Counted from the stretch's first letter, positions 38,521-49,080 are shown. The stretch is 64,000 nt of DNA from Nitrospirota bacterium (GCA_963701855.1 CAVPBK010000004.1:64001-128000); one strand, 5' to 3'. Notes: generated from the sequence alone by a model not told the origin. Program-made: numbers and translations.

Positions 38521-39996
38521 TTAGAGGGATGGGTCGAAGAGGCCCAACTGCAACTCCTCAGCGCGGGTCAGAGGAATGGGGTAGCGTTCGGTAAAGCAGG
38601 CGTTGCAGTACTGGCCCGGATTTCCGGGGGAAGCGTTCAGCATGCCATCGAGACTCAAATAGGCGAGACTATCGGCGGTGATGTACTTCCGAATCTCTTC
38701 TGTCGTGTGACTGGAGGCAATGAGTTCCTTCCTGGTGGGCGTGTCGATGCCGTAGAAGCATGGCGAAACGATCGGTGGCGAACTGATGCGCATATGCACT
38801 TCTTTGGCCCCGGCATTGCGAAGCATCTTCACAATTTTACGGCTCGTCGTGCCTCGCACCAGCGAATCATCGACCACAATGACCCGCTTTCCCTCCAATA
38901 CCTCCGGCACGGCATTGAGCTTGACCTTTACACCGAAGTGACGAATCGACTGTTCCGGCTCAATGAACGTGCGTCCGACATAGTGATTTCGAATCAGCCC
39001 AAGTTCAAATGGAATCCCCGCCCCCTCGGCATAACCGAGCGAAGCAGGCACCCCGGAGTCCGGCACAGGAATGACAACATCAGCCGGCACCGACGATTCC
39101 TTTGCCAGTTGCCTGCCCAAAGCCTTGCGCGTGACATAGACCGCGTTCGCGCCAAAGATCTTGCTGTCCGGCCTGGCAAAGTACACATATTCAAAGACGC
39201 ACATGGCGGGACTGACCGGCGCAAATGGCTTATAACTCGTTACACCCTTGTCATTCAGCAGGACCAACTCGCCAGGCTCAACCTCGCGTACAACTTCAGC
39301 TCCAAGCAGATCGAACGCACAGGTTTCCGACGCCACGAGGTAGGTATCGCCCAGTCGACCGAGACAGAGGGGCCGGAACCCATGAGGATCGCGGACCGCG
39401 ATAACTCCCTCGTCCGTCTGCAAGACGAGCGAAAACGCCCCTCGCACCTGACTCAACGCATCGATGATGCGGGCCAGCAGCGTATCGGCCCGCGAATGCG
39501 CAATCAAATGGATGATGACTTCGCTGTCCGAGGTGGATTGAAAAATGGCGCCGTACGCTTCGAGTTCGTGACGCAGCACTTGAGCATTGATGAGATTGCC
39601 GTTATGGGCAAGTGCCAGGTTCCCAAACGCAAAGTTGACCGAGAACGGCTGGACGTTCTTGAGATCGTTTCCCCCAGCGGTGGAGTAGCGATTGTGGCCG
39701 ATCGCCATCGAACCGATTAATTGATCGAGCGCCTGGGGATTATAAATATCCGCAACATGCCCCTTCCCTTTATGGATATAAAACTGCTCGCCATCGCCTG
39801 AAACAATGCCGGAGGCTTCCTGTCCACGATGCTGCAGGGCATACAACCCAAGATAGGTGAGGTTTGCTGCTTCCTTGTGGCCATAAATGCCGAAGACGGC
39901 GCATTCGTCGTGGAACTTATCGGGGCTCTCACGTGAAACGTGAAACGTGAGAGGTGAAACGACGGGAAGTTCTCTCTTGGTTCGATGCTTATCCAT
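38521..39996 (-). CDS. purF: Amidophosphoribosyltransferase
   Basis: [41 protein letters not shown]. Confidence 0.97.
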   Translation of the reverse strand: MDKHRTKRELPVVSPLTFHVSRESPDKFHDECAVFGIYGHKEAANLTYLGLYALQHRGQEASGIVSGDGEQFYIHKGKGHVADIYNPQALDQLIGSMAIGHNRYSTAGGNDLKNVQPFSVNFAFGNLALAHNGNLINAQVLRHELEAYGAIFQSTSDSEVIIHLIAHSRADTLLARIIDALSQVRGAFSLVLQTDEGVIAVRDPHGFRPLCLGRLGDTYLVASETCAFDLLGAEVVREVEPGELVLLNDKGVTSYKPFAPVSPAMCVFEYVYFARPDSKIFGANAVYVTRKALGRQLAKESSVPADVVIPVPDSGVPASLGYAEGAGIPFELGLIRNHYVGRTFIEPEQSIRHFGVKVKLNAVPEVLEGKRVIVVDDSLVRGTTSRKIVKMLRNAGAKEVHMRISSPPIVSPCFYGIDTPTRKELIASSHTTEEIRKYITADSLAYLSLDGMLNASPGNPGQYCNACFTERYPIPLTRAEELQLGLFDPSL

Positions 39997-40026
39997 GCTT
40001 TAACGTTTCACGGTTTACGTTTTACG
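39932..40026. repeat. Heptamer palindromic array overlapping the purF start and purL stop
   Basis: CGTGAAA x2, CGTGAGA, GGTGAAA facing TTTAACG, TTTCACG, GTTTACG, TTTTACG. Confidence 0.8.
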
Positions 40027-42258
40027 TCTGGTTCAGCGCGCGTTCGATCGAAAAGGCCCACCGGTCGTGGAGTTGCTCGACCGGGAGGTCGATGCGGCAA
40101 CCCTTGCTCCATTGCCCCTTCTCCACATCGATGACGAACCGATCGCCTCCCACCGTCCCGATCTTCATCGCTGGAATACCTGAATCCCATGCGCGATTCA
40201 AGAGATGATCGGCCATCTCAGGCTTCACCGAAAGGACCACCCGTGATTGACTCTCACCGAATAAGAGGGCATCCAGCCGCGAGGCATCGAGGGCTAACTG
40301 TACCACAGCCCCTCTCCTGCTGTCCGGGGCAGAGATACAACATTCAGCTAATGCGACGGACAACCCGCCATCTGAGCAATCGTGAGCAGATTGCACAACT
40401 CCCTCACGGATCACATTCAAGATGAAGTCATGGAGGGCCTTCTCCGTTTCAAGACTAAGTAACGGCGGCGATCCCTGCTCCCGGTGATGGAGCACTTTCA
40501 GATATTCACTGCCGCCCAGATCCTCCCGCGTCTTGCCCAGGAGGAGAATCGCGTCGCCGTCCTGCTTGAACCACTGTGTCATCGTCTTATCGGCCGACTC
40601 GATCAGACCCACCATTCCTAACATCGGCGTGGGATAAATCGAGAGACCGTTAGTCTCGTTGTAGAAGCTCACATTGCCGCTGACGATGGGCACCTTGAAA
40701 TACTCGCAGGCATCCTTCATCCCTTCGATCGCCAACACAAACTGCCACATAACTTCGGGCCGCTCGGGGTTGCCGAAATTCAAACAGTCCGTAAGACCAA
40801 TCGGCTCTGCGCCGGAGCAGACCAGATTCCGCGCCGCCTCGGCCACCGCAAGTCGAGCCCCCTCATAGGGATGCAGCAGGCAATAGCGGCTATTACAGTC
40901 CACCGTCATCGCGAGGGCTTTATTCGTCCCCTTGATCCGAACCACCGCCGCATCGGAACCAGGCCGGACCATCGTGTTGGTTCGCACCATGTGGTCATAC
41001 TGCTCATAGACCCAGCGTTTGCTCGCTATCGTCGGCGACTCCAGCAAGGACAACAGCGCAGCAGTCGCATCCTTTACATCAGGCAACGCATCGTAATTCA
41101 AATTGGTCAACATATCCTGGTAGCCTGGCGGCGAATAGGGCCGCTCGTAACGTGGACCGTCGTCGGCCAGCGACTTCGCCGGAATCTCTGCCACCACCTT
41201 GCCTTGGTCCTTCACACGCAAAATCCCGTCGCCCGTAACCCGCCCCACCACCGCCACGTCGAGATCCCACTTCTTACAGATCCTGATACATTCCTCTTCC
41301 TTGCCCGCCTGCGCCACCATCAGCATGCGTTCCTGAGATTCCGACAGCATCAATTCATACGGCGTCATGCCTGGCTCACGCCGCGGTACATCGGTCAGGT
41401 CCAGGTCGATTCCGTTACCGGCACGCGACGCCATTTCACAGGACGAACTAGTCAACCCTGCCGCCCCCATGTCCTGAATACCCACGAGCAATTCGCCAGC
41501 CATCAGTTCAAGACAGGCTTCCAGCAACAGCTTCTCGGTAAAGGGATCACCCACCTGCACGGTAGGCCGCTTCTGCTCCGACTGGTCGTCAAAAGAATCG
41601 GACGCCATCGTCGCGCCATGAATTCCGTCACGGCCCGTCTTCGAACCGAAATAGATCACCGGATTGCCGACCCCGGCCGCTGTGCCAAGAAAGATCTTGT
41701 CCTTGTGCGCAATGCCAAGACAAAACACGTTCACGAGAGGATTCTGCGAATAGATATCGTTGAAAACAATTTCGCCTCCGACCGTCGGCACACCCATACA
41801 ATTGCCATAGCCCGCGATGCCGGCCACGACACCCTTCATGAGATGGCGATTCTTAGCCGTGTCGAGCCCGCCGAACCGCAGCGCGTCGAGCAAGGCAATC
41901 GGCCGCGCGCCCATCGTAAAGATATCGCGCAGAATCCCCCCACCCCCGTCGCCGCACCCTGATAGGGCTCGATGAACGAAGGATGGTTGTGCGACTCCAT
42001 CTTGAACACCGCGCAGAGCCCATCGCCGATATCCACAGCCCCAGCATTTTCTCCCGGCCCCTGCACCACCCGAGGCCCCGTCGTCGGCAGCTTCTTCAAA
42101 TGCACGCGCGAACTCTTATAGGAGCAATGCTCCGACCACATCACGGAGAACATGCCCAGCTCAGTGATATTCGGCTCTCGCCCGAGAATCTCGACGATCT
42201 TCTTATACTCGTCGTCCGTCAAATTATGCTGCGCGATGAGGTCTTTGGTAATAATCAT
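40022..42258 (-). CDS. purL: FGAM synthase subunit PurL (one-base frameshift in a G-run near 41940)
   Basis: [38 protein letters not shown] split across two frames; [15 protein letters not shown]. Confidence 0.95.
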
Positions 42259-42572
42259 CCAGTCACATCCCACTTACCTGGCTCATAGTGCATCATCAAA
42301 TCCCGGCTAGCATGAATCACAGCTTCGATGTAACAGGTGCCTTGGCGAATTTCGTAGATAATCCGATATGCTCCATGAATCAGTTCTCGGAAGTTCGATA
42401 ACTCGTATTCGGGGACCACTCTCCCAAGCCAAGGGTACTCCTTGAGAACCAGTGGCGCCCGAACCAATCGTTTCGAGAAACGCTCCGCATACCGCGGAGA
42501 ATCCATGGCAATGTATCTGACGATAATTTCTAAATCCTTTAGCGCCGGTCCTGTCCAGACGACTTTAGCCAC
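42255..42572 (-). CDS. RelE/ParE family toxin
   Basis: [12 protein letters not shown]...GRVVPE...REL...YRIIY...VIH. Confidence 0.88.
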   Translation of the reverse strand: MAKVVWTGPALKDLEIIVRYIAMDSPRYAERFSKRLVRAPLVLKEYPWLGRVVPEYELSNFRELIHGAYRIIYEIRQGTCYIEAVIHASRDLMMHYEPGKWDVTG

Positions 42573-42751
42573 TGATCCACCCTCTTTTCCGCCTCCTCCT
42601 GAGAAATAATGTCACCGGCGTCTACTGCAGCCACTCCGCGTTCAATCTTCTCCCTGACATAGATGTGGTACTGGATGTCCTCCCACGTGCAATCCTCAGG
42701 AAGAGATTCCAGCATCTTTTTCATTTCCTCTTTGACCGTGGCCTTGCTCAT
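42539..42751 (-). CDS. Putative antitoxin of the RelE/ParE toxin
   Basis: LPEDCTWEDIQYHIYVREKIERG...G.IISQEE; directly upstream of the toxin. Confidence 0.8.
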   Translation of the reverse strand: MSKATVKEEMKKMLESLPEDCTWEDIQYHIYVREKIERGVAAVDAGDIISQEEAEKRVDQWLKSSGQDRR

Positions 42752-42948
42752 AAGACCTCCCCTCTCGCATATCCAAGCGCTGCCAAAATCTGCTCCCGCG
42801 TGACTATATAGGCATCCTGCACCGACTCAATACTCTCCCCCGCAGCCAACGTCGCCACCACAGTCGCCACATCGATACGTGTCCCAGTGAGACAAGGCTT
42901 TCCGAATCTGACACCGGGGTCCATCGAGATACCAGGAAAGATTTCCAT
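42748..42948 (-). CDS. DUF433 domain protein (antitoxin-like, possibly truncated)
   Basis: DPGVRFGKPCLTGTRIDV...EQILAALGYA. Confidence 0.85.
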   Translation of the reverse strand: MEIFPGISMDPGVRFGKPCLTGTRIDVATVVATLAAGESIESVQDAYIVTREQILAALGYARGEVL

Positions 42949-42975
42949 AGCCAAGGCCTCCTCTCCCACTGCGCA

Positions 42976-43248
42976 CTACGCCGTCAGCAACATTACTTCA
43001 GTGGCAACAATGCGCGGCGACTTCCATGTGCCGTCAGTTCCCCCTTGATACCCCGCCTCTTTCAGAATATCGTCCAATGTGCCGAGCATTTTAGCTTCCT
43101 CCACGAACAAGCGTACGGCAGTCTTTAAGCCCCCTCTCGCCTCATCCACGTTGTGCCCACAACTGGAGACATCCAACTCGGGGCAATGAGCCACAAAGCT
43201 CTTACCTTCCTGAAAAATAATCGCATCAAACTCAATTGGAATCATCAT
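42976..43248 (-). CDS. HicB-like antitoxin (no adjacent hicA)
   Basis: FVAHCPELDVSSCGHNVDEAR; GGAGG RBS. Confidence 0.8.
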   Translation of the reverse strand: MMIPIEFDAIIFQEGKSFVAHCPELDVSSCGHNVDEARGGLKTAVRLFVEEAKMLGTLDDILKEAGYQGGTDGTWKSPRIVATEVMLLTA

Positions 43249-43258
43249 AGCCTCCGCA

Positions 43259-43360
43259 TCAAATTGGATCACATTCTGAAATCTCGACGATCTTCTGGCA
43301 CTTGCCGTTCGTCTGATTATGCTGCGCGATGAGATCTTTGGTGATTGCTACTGCTTGCAT
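43259..43360 (-). pseudogene. Decayed duplicate of the purL 5' end
   Basis: [27 protein letters not shown] versus Pur[25 protein letters not shown]; 43280-43345 matches 42187-42252 at 56/66 nt (manual alignment). Confidence 0.88.
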
Positions 43361-43448
43361 AAATCAGCTACTCCGGCTCGCGTGCGGCTCCCGATGCCCC
43401 CAACAAGTTCGTCCAACATGGTCTTGCGGGTGGCGACCTCAAAAATTC

Positions 43449-44279
43449 TCACGAATTGCTCACTGCGGGAGATGAAGAGCGTAGATTCCACACTTCCAGG
43501 ACGAACGCAGTCAATGTATGAGCCGCATGAATTGCCAGGCGGGCGTGAGCCGATGTCGTTGCAACTGCCCCTCGTCCTCTCCCATGCGCCGAACCAGCAT
43601 GAGTACGAAAAGCTCCAACTGCATCTACAATCCCCGAGAGACTTCCAAGCAACCTTGCCATATCCTGATCCGCAACGGAGCTGGGATCTAACCCGAGATG
43701 ACCTTGAACTGCTTTCCATAAAGGCTTTACTGACTGATCACTTGGCATCTGCAGCCCATTATCCTGAATATACACCTTGCACAATGACTCGATTACTGCA
43801 GATGCAGCGGTTACGGCTGCTGGCGGATCGCTCTCCACTGAACTTAGAGTCCGATTGAATTCCGCTTCAAGCCCTCCAAAATCCCTGCTCCTTATTATAG
43901 TCTGCAAAGTACGCGTCGGAGTTGCTGTATTGCCACCAAGGATTCGACCTCCTTGTTGATAGGTCAATCCAAAACGGGCAAGGGCCTGCTTCACACGTTC
44001 CTGTCGCTGCTGCAGCTCTTGGGCTAGATAATGGAAAGATGAATCCTTCTCCAGAAACTCTTCGAGTACACCTCCCAGAACTGCAAGCGAACTAACAGTC
44101 TCATCGCTATTTGTTCGGCGGAGCCATTCGGAACACTTGTCTATCTTGTTTCCCTGCGGTGGATCACCGAGAGCACCACTCCGTTGGAATACAACTCCAA
44201 GTTGAGAATGCGTGTGAAACCAAGCCAGTGCATCACTCACTTCCGCTATAAGCGGATTTGGAATCTGATCCTCTGGCAT
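43449..44279 (-). CDS. Abortive infection family protein (Abi_C C-terminal domain)
   Basis: DPPAAVTAASAVIESLCK...FRTHAGSAHG...HARLAIHAAHTL pattern; AAGGAG RBS. Confidence 0.8.
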   Translation of the reverse strand: MPEDQIPNPLIAEVSDALAWFHTHSQLGVVFQRSGALGDPPQGNKIDKCSEWLRRTNSDETVSSLAVLGGVLEEFLEKDSSFHYLAQELQQRQERVKQALARFGLTYQQGGRILGGNTATPTRTLQTIIRSRDFGGLEAEFNRTLSSVESDPPAAVTAASAVIESLCKVYIQDNGLQMPSDQSVKPLWKAVQGHLGLDPSSVADQDMARLLGSLSGIVDAVGAFRTHAGSAHGRGRGAVATTSAHARLAIHAAHTLTAFVLEVWNLRSSSPAVSNS

Positions 44280-44281
44280 TA

Positions 44282-44498
44282 CACTCCTTGCTTCCTACGC
44301 AAGGTGAGGGCATGGCCAGAGCGACCTTGCCGAGAGCGGTCGGGACCCATCGAGAGTCAGCCAGGAAGGAAAGCTGGAACTGACTGACGCTTCACGGTCT
44401 GCAAAGACCGTGGCGGAAGGAATTCCAGAAGGTTTCCACCTGGCTGACTCCAAAAGGGTGACCGCGAAGGCACAGGAGTGGTTGACCATGTCCTCACC
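44282..44498. ncRNA. Candidate structured RNA or palindromic element between purQ and the Abi gene
   Basis: Nested inverted repeats: 44303-44318/44483-44498, GAGTCAGCCAGG/CCTGGCTGACTC, CTGGAA/TTCCAG, CACGGTCT-GCAA-AGACCGTG. Confidence 0.5.
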
Positions 44499-45219
44499 CA
44501 GCCCCCACCATCTTCAGTTGTTTCTTGTTCCCCTTCAGCGACTCCAGCATCGACAGGAAAATCAGCTTCCCTTCGTCATTGCCCAATACTGCTTCTGCGC
44601 AACGCTCCGGATGCGGCATCATGCCCAGCACATTGCCTTCGGCGTTGATGATCCCGGCAATGTTGTCGAGTGAGCCATTCGGATTCGCTTCCGGTGTCAC
44701 CCTGCCCTCGGGCGTGCAATAACGGAGCACGATTTGAGCGTTGGCCTGCATTGCCGCGAGCGTAACCGGATCGGTATAGTAATTGCCATCCGCATGGGCG
44801 ATCGGAATCTTGAGCACCTGACCGGACTCATAGGTGCTGGTAAATACCGTGGCCGCATTTTCAACCTTCACCGACACATCCTTGCAGATGAAATTCAGCG
44901 ACCTGTTCCGGAGCATGGCCCCTGGCAGCAACCCTGCTTCGAGCAGAATCTGAAACCCGTTGCAGATGCCGAGCACCAAGCCACCCTTCTTCGCAAACTC
45001 CTTCACCACCCCCATCACAGGCGAGAACCGCGCGATAGCGCCAGTCCGTAAATAGTCGCCGTAAGAAAACCCGCCCGGCAACACAATCGCATCCAGCCCC
45101 GCGAGCAACGTCTCCTTGTGCCAGATCATCTCCACATACTGGCCCAGCACATCCTTGAAGATATGCTGACAGTCGTGATCGCAATTACTGCCGGGAAAAA
45201 CCACCACTCCGATCTTCAT
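44494..45219 (-). CDS. purQ: FGAM synthase subunit PurQ
   Basis: [31 protein letters not shown]. Confidence 0.97.
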   Translation of the reverse strand: MKIGVVVFPGSNCDHDCQHIFKDVLGQYVEMIWHKETLLAGLDAIVLPGGFSYGDYLRTGAIARFSPVMGVVKEFAKKGGLVLGICNGFQILLEAGLLPGAMLRNRSLNFICKDVSVKVENAATVFTSTYESGQVLKIPIAHADGNYYTDPVTLAAMQANAQIVLRYCTPEGRVTPEANPNGSLDNIAGIINAEGNVLGMMPHPERCAEAVLGNDEGKLIFLSMLESLKGNKKQLKMVGAG

Positions 45220-45252
45220 AATCCGCAGCCTTTTCGTCTCACGTTTAACGTT

Positions 45253-45495
45253 TTACGCCGTGAGTTCATATCGGTATTCCTCAACGATCGTGTTCGCCAA
45301 CAACTTCTCGCACATGGCCTTGACCTGAGCCTCGGCCTTCACCTTGTCCTTTTCATCCACATCCACTTCCATGTACTTTCCAACTCGCACATTGCCCGCA
45401 TTCTTGAACCCCAGCGAATCGAGCGCATGCTCAATCGCCTTCCCCTGTGGATCGAGAATCCCTTGTTTGAGCGTGACATGAATCTTGGCTTTCAC
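45253..45495 (-). CDS. purS: FGAM synthase subunit PurS
   Basis: LDPQGKAI, MCEKLLAN; GTG start after GGAGG. Confidence 0.95.
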   Translation of the reverse strand: MKAKIHVTLKQGILDPQGKAIEHALDSLGFKNAGNVRVGKYMEVDVDEKDKVKAEAQVKAMCEKLLANTIVEEYRYELTA

Positions 45496-45510
45496 TGCTC
45501 CCCTCCTTAC

Positions 45511-45633
45511 CAGGATGCTGAAAAAACCCGCCAGCGTCGTTCTCGCATCGTTCAGATCCTCAACGTACCCCAGAGGGTACGCCTCCGGTCTTCACTCGCT
45601 GCGGCCTTGCTGACAGGCTTTTTGAGCATCCTG
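45511..45633. mobile_element. MITE-like repeat family A (123 bp)
   Basis: CAGGATGCTGAAAAAA...CTTTTTGAGCATCCTG; central GTACCC-CAGA-GGGTAC. Confidence 0.8.
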
Positions 45634-45675
45634 TGGAAACACCCCCTAGTTCGCTCATTCCTCACCGTTCTCTCT

Positions 45676-45900
45676 TCACTCCTGACCCCCCTGGTCAGGC
45701 GTATTGGACTGTCTATCTATATATCTCCTGATCCATAAAATCCCCGCGATAGTCCCGAGCCCGGCCAAGGCAAGCGCCACCATCGGCCAACGCCAGCGTG
45801 AACCTTCCAAGCGATAAGCCAATACAGCCACCAGCGCCGTGGACACGAAAATCGACGCCACCAACCCATAATTCATGAACCACTGCCTAAACCACCTCAC
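45676..45900 (-). CDS. Small two-TM membrane protein
   Basis: 74 aa, two hydrophobic helices, AGGAG RBS. Confidence 0.7.
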   Translation of the reverse strand: MRWFRQWFMNYGLVASIFVSTALVAVLAYRLEGSRWRWPMVALALAGLGTIAGILWIRRYIDRQSNTPDQGGQE

Positions 45901-45950
45901 GACTCTCTCCTCTTCTAATTCCCTCCCTTAAAGGATCGGGAAACTTCCAT

Positions 45951-46227
45951 GAGGGGATGGTGGAGTTGTCCTCGACTGCGCGACCTTCTCACCCACCCGC
46001 CCTGGAGGCGCCGAGACGCGTCCTTGCCCAAGCGAGAGCCTTCCTCTTCTACCACTCGTTCTACACTCTCACGCAAGGGAGTGGCCAGATCATCCTTTAC
46101 TGCGCGCATCGAACGAGCACTGTCTCACCGTGCGCGTTCTGCGAGCAAGAAGGATGGTCTGGCCGCTCCCTACTCACCCTTCCCAAGCCGCGCGTTCTGT
46201 GAGCAAAGAAGCCTGCCGCTCCATCCC
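45951..46227. repeat. Composite/nested family B element (core hairpin 46077-46170)
   Basis: GGGAGTGGCCAGATCATCCTT / AAGGATGGTCTGGCCGCTCCC arms; partial outer copy flanks it. Confidence 0.8.
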
Positions 46228-46932
46228 CTACCCGCAAACTCGTCTCAGGACTTCTTGATACGCCTCTTCAATCTTCCCCAAATCCTTCCTAAACCGATCC
46301 TTATCCATCGACTCCTTCGTCGTCTGATCCCAAAAGCGGCAGGTGTCAGGCGAGATCTCATCGGCCAGGATCAGCTGGCCGTTGTGCATCCCGAACTCCA
46401 ATTTGAAATCGACGAGAATCATCTGTCGTTCACGGAAGAACGGCTGCAAGAGGCTATTCACTTTCAATGCGAGCCTCTTGATCTCCGTCATGTGCTCCGG
46501 TGTCGCCAGCTTCATCAATCGAATATGCTCATCGGCGATGAGCGGGTCGCCCAGCGCATCGTTCTTGTAGTACCACTCTACGATGGCCGGCTCGATAGGA
46601 TCACCCTCTTTCAGCCCCAGTCGCTTCGCCAAGCTCCCCGCCACAACGTTACGGACCACAACTTCCACCGGCACGATCGTCACCTTCTTTGTCAACAGCT
46701 CCCGGTCACTGAGGCGTTCGACAAAATGCGTCGGCACACCAGCCTGTTCCAGCAACCGAAAAAGCCGCTCGGACACTTTGTTATTGATGACGCCCTTCTC
46801 GACGATGGTTCCACGTTTCTGCGCGTTGAAGGCCGTCGCATCGTCCTTGAAGTACTGGACGACCTGATCGAGCCTGTCGGTCGCAAAGACTTTCTTGGCC
46901 TTGCCTTCGTAGAGTAGTGTGCCCACCGTCAT
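46228..46932 (-). CDS. purC: SAICAR synthase
   Basis: [37 protein letters not shown]. Confidence 0.97.
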   Translation of the reverse strand: MTVGTLLYEGKAKKVFATDRLDQVVQYFKDDATAFNAQKRGTIVEKGVINNKVSERLFRLLEQAGVPTHFVERLSDRELLTKKVTIVPVEVVVRNVVAGSLAKRLGLKEGDPIEPAIVEWYYKNDALGDPLIADEHIRLMKLATPEHMTEIKRLALKVNSLLQPFFRERQMILVDFKLEFGMHNGQLILADEISPDTCRFWDQTTKESMDKDRFRKDLGKIEEAYQEVLRRVCG

Positions 46933-46950
46933 TGTGACTCCTTCGTTTCG

Positions 46951-47748
46951 CTACTGCGCCAAAACCTCGATGATTTCGTCCAACGACTTTACGGTGCCGA
47001 TCAGCGTCGGATGCCCGAACCGTCGGTTATACGGAAACTCTTTCACCTTCTCCAACGCTAAAATCAAGCTATGGAAATCCTCCAGCTTGGATGTCTCAAA
47101 ATAGGTGATGAAATCCAGATCGTCGAGACCGCTGGAGTGATAGAGCTTCCGTTTGACCGTCTTAATATAGGGGATCGAGGCTTCCGTATGTTCCCGCATC
47201 ATGGCCGCGCGCTTGTCCTGATCCAGCCCCCACCAGTCTGCGCTCTTACGGATCGGGATCACAATCGCATAGGGCTTCGGTCCCGGCTCGCTGGAAATCT
47301 TCAATTCGGCCTTGAGGTTGTCCGGCATGCCCGGGACATAGTTTGCTTTCTTGGTCAGGCCATGCATGATGGCGGCCGTCGTAAGATGTTTGCCAAAGAG
47401 ACTGCCTTGAAGATCCAGGAGAAATTGTTGGGTCTCGCGCAACTCGGTCGCATGTATACGAAAGAGCACATCCGCGTGATCAGATAGTCCGCGAAGAAGA
47501 TAGAGATCGATCGCCACCTTCTCTCGATGCTGCTCGACCACTCCCTTCAGGAGGGTCAATTGCGCAATACGCACCGCCTGATCCTGCTTCCCCCAGTCCG
47601 CATCGAGACTGAAGGCGGCAAAGGTGCCATAGACGCCCGGCTCGCTCAGAAGCTTGTCGCGATCGGCAGCCTTAACGGCCGGCGCTATTGCCAAAACGAC
47701 ACACACCAACACCGCAACACGCGCGAGAGTAGAAATAGCTGACCTCAT
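46951..47748 (-). CDS. cld: Chlorite dismutase (signal-peptide bearing)
   Basis: GVYGTFA, YLLRGLSDHAD, IPIRKSADWW, EHT proximal His, KRKLYHS distal Arg, DFITYFE; resembles Nitrospira Cld as recalled. Confidence 0.9.
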   Translation of the reverse strand: MRSAISTLARVAVLVCVVLAIAPAVKAADRDKLLSEPGVYGTFAAFSLDADWGKQDQAVRIAQLTLLKGVVEQHREKVAIDLYLLRGLSDHADVLFRIHATELRETQQFLLDLQGSLFGKHLTTAAIMHGLTKKANYVPGMPDNLKAELKISSEPGPKPYAIVIPIRKSADWWGLDQDKRAAMMREHTEASIPYIKTVKRKLYHSSGLDDLDFITYFETSKLEDFHSLILALEKVKEFPYNRRFGHPTLIGTVKSLDEIIEVLAQ

Positions 47749-49073
47749 CGTTTCCTTCCTTTCCTTGATTTACGAGTCTCCGATCCGAAGACCCGCCGAA
47801 AAATCTTGTCGAGATGACGCAAATAATACTTCGGATCAAAACAGGACTGAATCTCCGCCGCCGTGAGATGTTTCGCCACAAAGGGATCTTTGTGGACTAA
47901 TCCTTGTAGTGCCCCCGCCCCCTTCCATGAGGCCATCGCATTGCGCTGAACAGCCTCATACGATTCCTTCCGCTGTGCGCCCTTCTCGATGAGCCGAAGG
48001 AGCAGCCGTTGCGAATAGACCAGCCCTCCGGTGAGATCGAGATTGCGTTTCATATTGGCGGGATAGACCACCAGATGCTTGATGAGGTCGGCAATCCGCG
48101 CCAGCATATAATCGACCAGAATAGTGCTGTCCGGCATGATCACGCGCTCGACGGACGAATGGCTGATGTCGCGCTCATGCCACAACGCGACGTTCTCCAT
48201 CGCCGCGAGACTATTGCCCCGCACGATGCGCGCCAACCCGCAGAGGTTCTCCGAGGCGATCGGGTTCCGTTTGTGCGGCATCGCCGAGGACCCTTTCTGC
48301 CCTTCCGAAAAATACTCCTCCGCTTCGAGCACTTCGGTCCGTTGCAGATGACGAATCTCCGTCGCAAACTTTTCTATGCTGGCTGCCACCAGCGCCAATG
48401 CCGAGACATAGGCCGCGTGGCGATCGCGCTGCACGATTTGATTGGAGACAGGGTCCGGCGTAAGCCCCAGCTTGGCACAGACGTACTCTTCCACTTCAGG
48501 CCCTTGATGCGCGAAGGTGCCCATCGCGCCGGAGAGTTTCCCAACCGCGATCTCTTGCCGAACATGTGTCAGCCGCTCTCGGTGCCGGCAGGCTTCTTCG
48601 TACCAAATAGCCAGCTTAAAACCGAACGAGATCGGTTCGCCATGAATGCCGTGTGAGCGGCCGACCATTATCGTGTGCTTGTACCTCAGCGCCTGCCGCT
48701 TCAAGACAACGATCAACCCTTCAAGATCCTCGAGGATAAGGTCGAGCGCCTCAGTCATTTGCACGGCCAACGCGGTGTCCACAATATCCGACGAGGTCAA
48801 CCCCATATGGAGGAACCGATGCTCCGGCCCGACCGATTCCACGAGAGATTCGAGGAAGGCAATCACATCATGTTTCGTCACCTTCTCGATTCTGGCAATC
48901 CGCTTCACATCGATCGTGGCTTTCTTCCCAATACGAGCCGCCGTGCCGCGTGGAACCTGCCCAGCCCGCTCGAACGCCGCGCAGGCGGCCAACTCGACTG
49001 CAAGCCAGATCTGGTACTTGCGTTCCAACTCCCAGACGGCTTTCATCCTGGGACGGGTATAGCGATCAATCAC
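47745..49073 (-). CDS. purB: Adenylosuccinate lyase
   Basis: MIDRY, KHDVIAF, HMGLTSSD, GSSAMPHKRNP. Confidence 0.97.
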   Translation of the reverse strand: MIDRYTRPRMKAVWELERKYQIWLAVELAACAAFERAGQVPRGTAARIGKKATIDVKRIARIEKVTKHDVIAFLESLVESVGPEHRFLHMGLTSSDIVDTALAVQMTEALDLILEDLEGLIVVLKRQALRYKHTIMVGRSHGIHGEPISFGFKLAIWYEEACRHRERLTHVRQEIAVGKLSGAMGTFAHQGPEVEEYVCAKLGLTPDPVSNQIVQRDRHAAYVSALALVAASIEKFATEIRHLQRTEVLEAEEYFSEGQKGSSAMPHKRNPIASENLCGLARIVRGNSLAAMENVALWHERDISHSSVERVIMPDSTILVDYMLARIADLIKHLVVYPANMKRNLDLTGGLVYSQRLLLRLIEKGAQRKESYEAVQRNAMASWKGAGALQGLVHKDPFVAKHLTAAEIQSCFDPKYYLRHLDKIFRRVFGSETRKSRKGRKR

Positions 49074-49080
49074 GGCAGCC

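Noticed and set aside
38254..39720. 488-aa plus-strand ORF (also 40871-41962, 45949-46917, 50808-51797)
   Set aside because: Antisense shadows of purF, purL, purC and ribBA
42255..44279. Prophage or integrative element
   Set aside because: No integrase, phage or conjugation genes; only TA and Abi cargo
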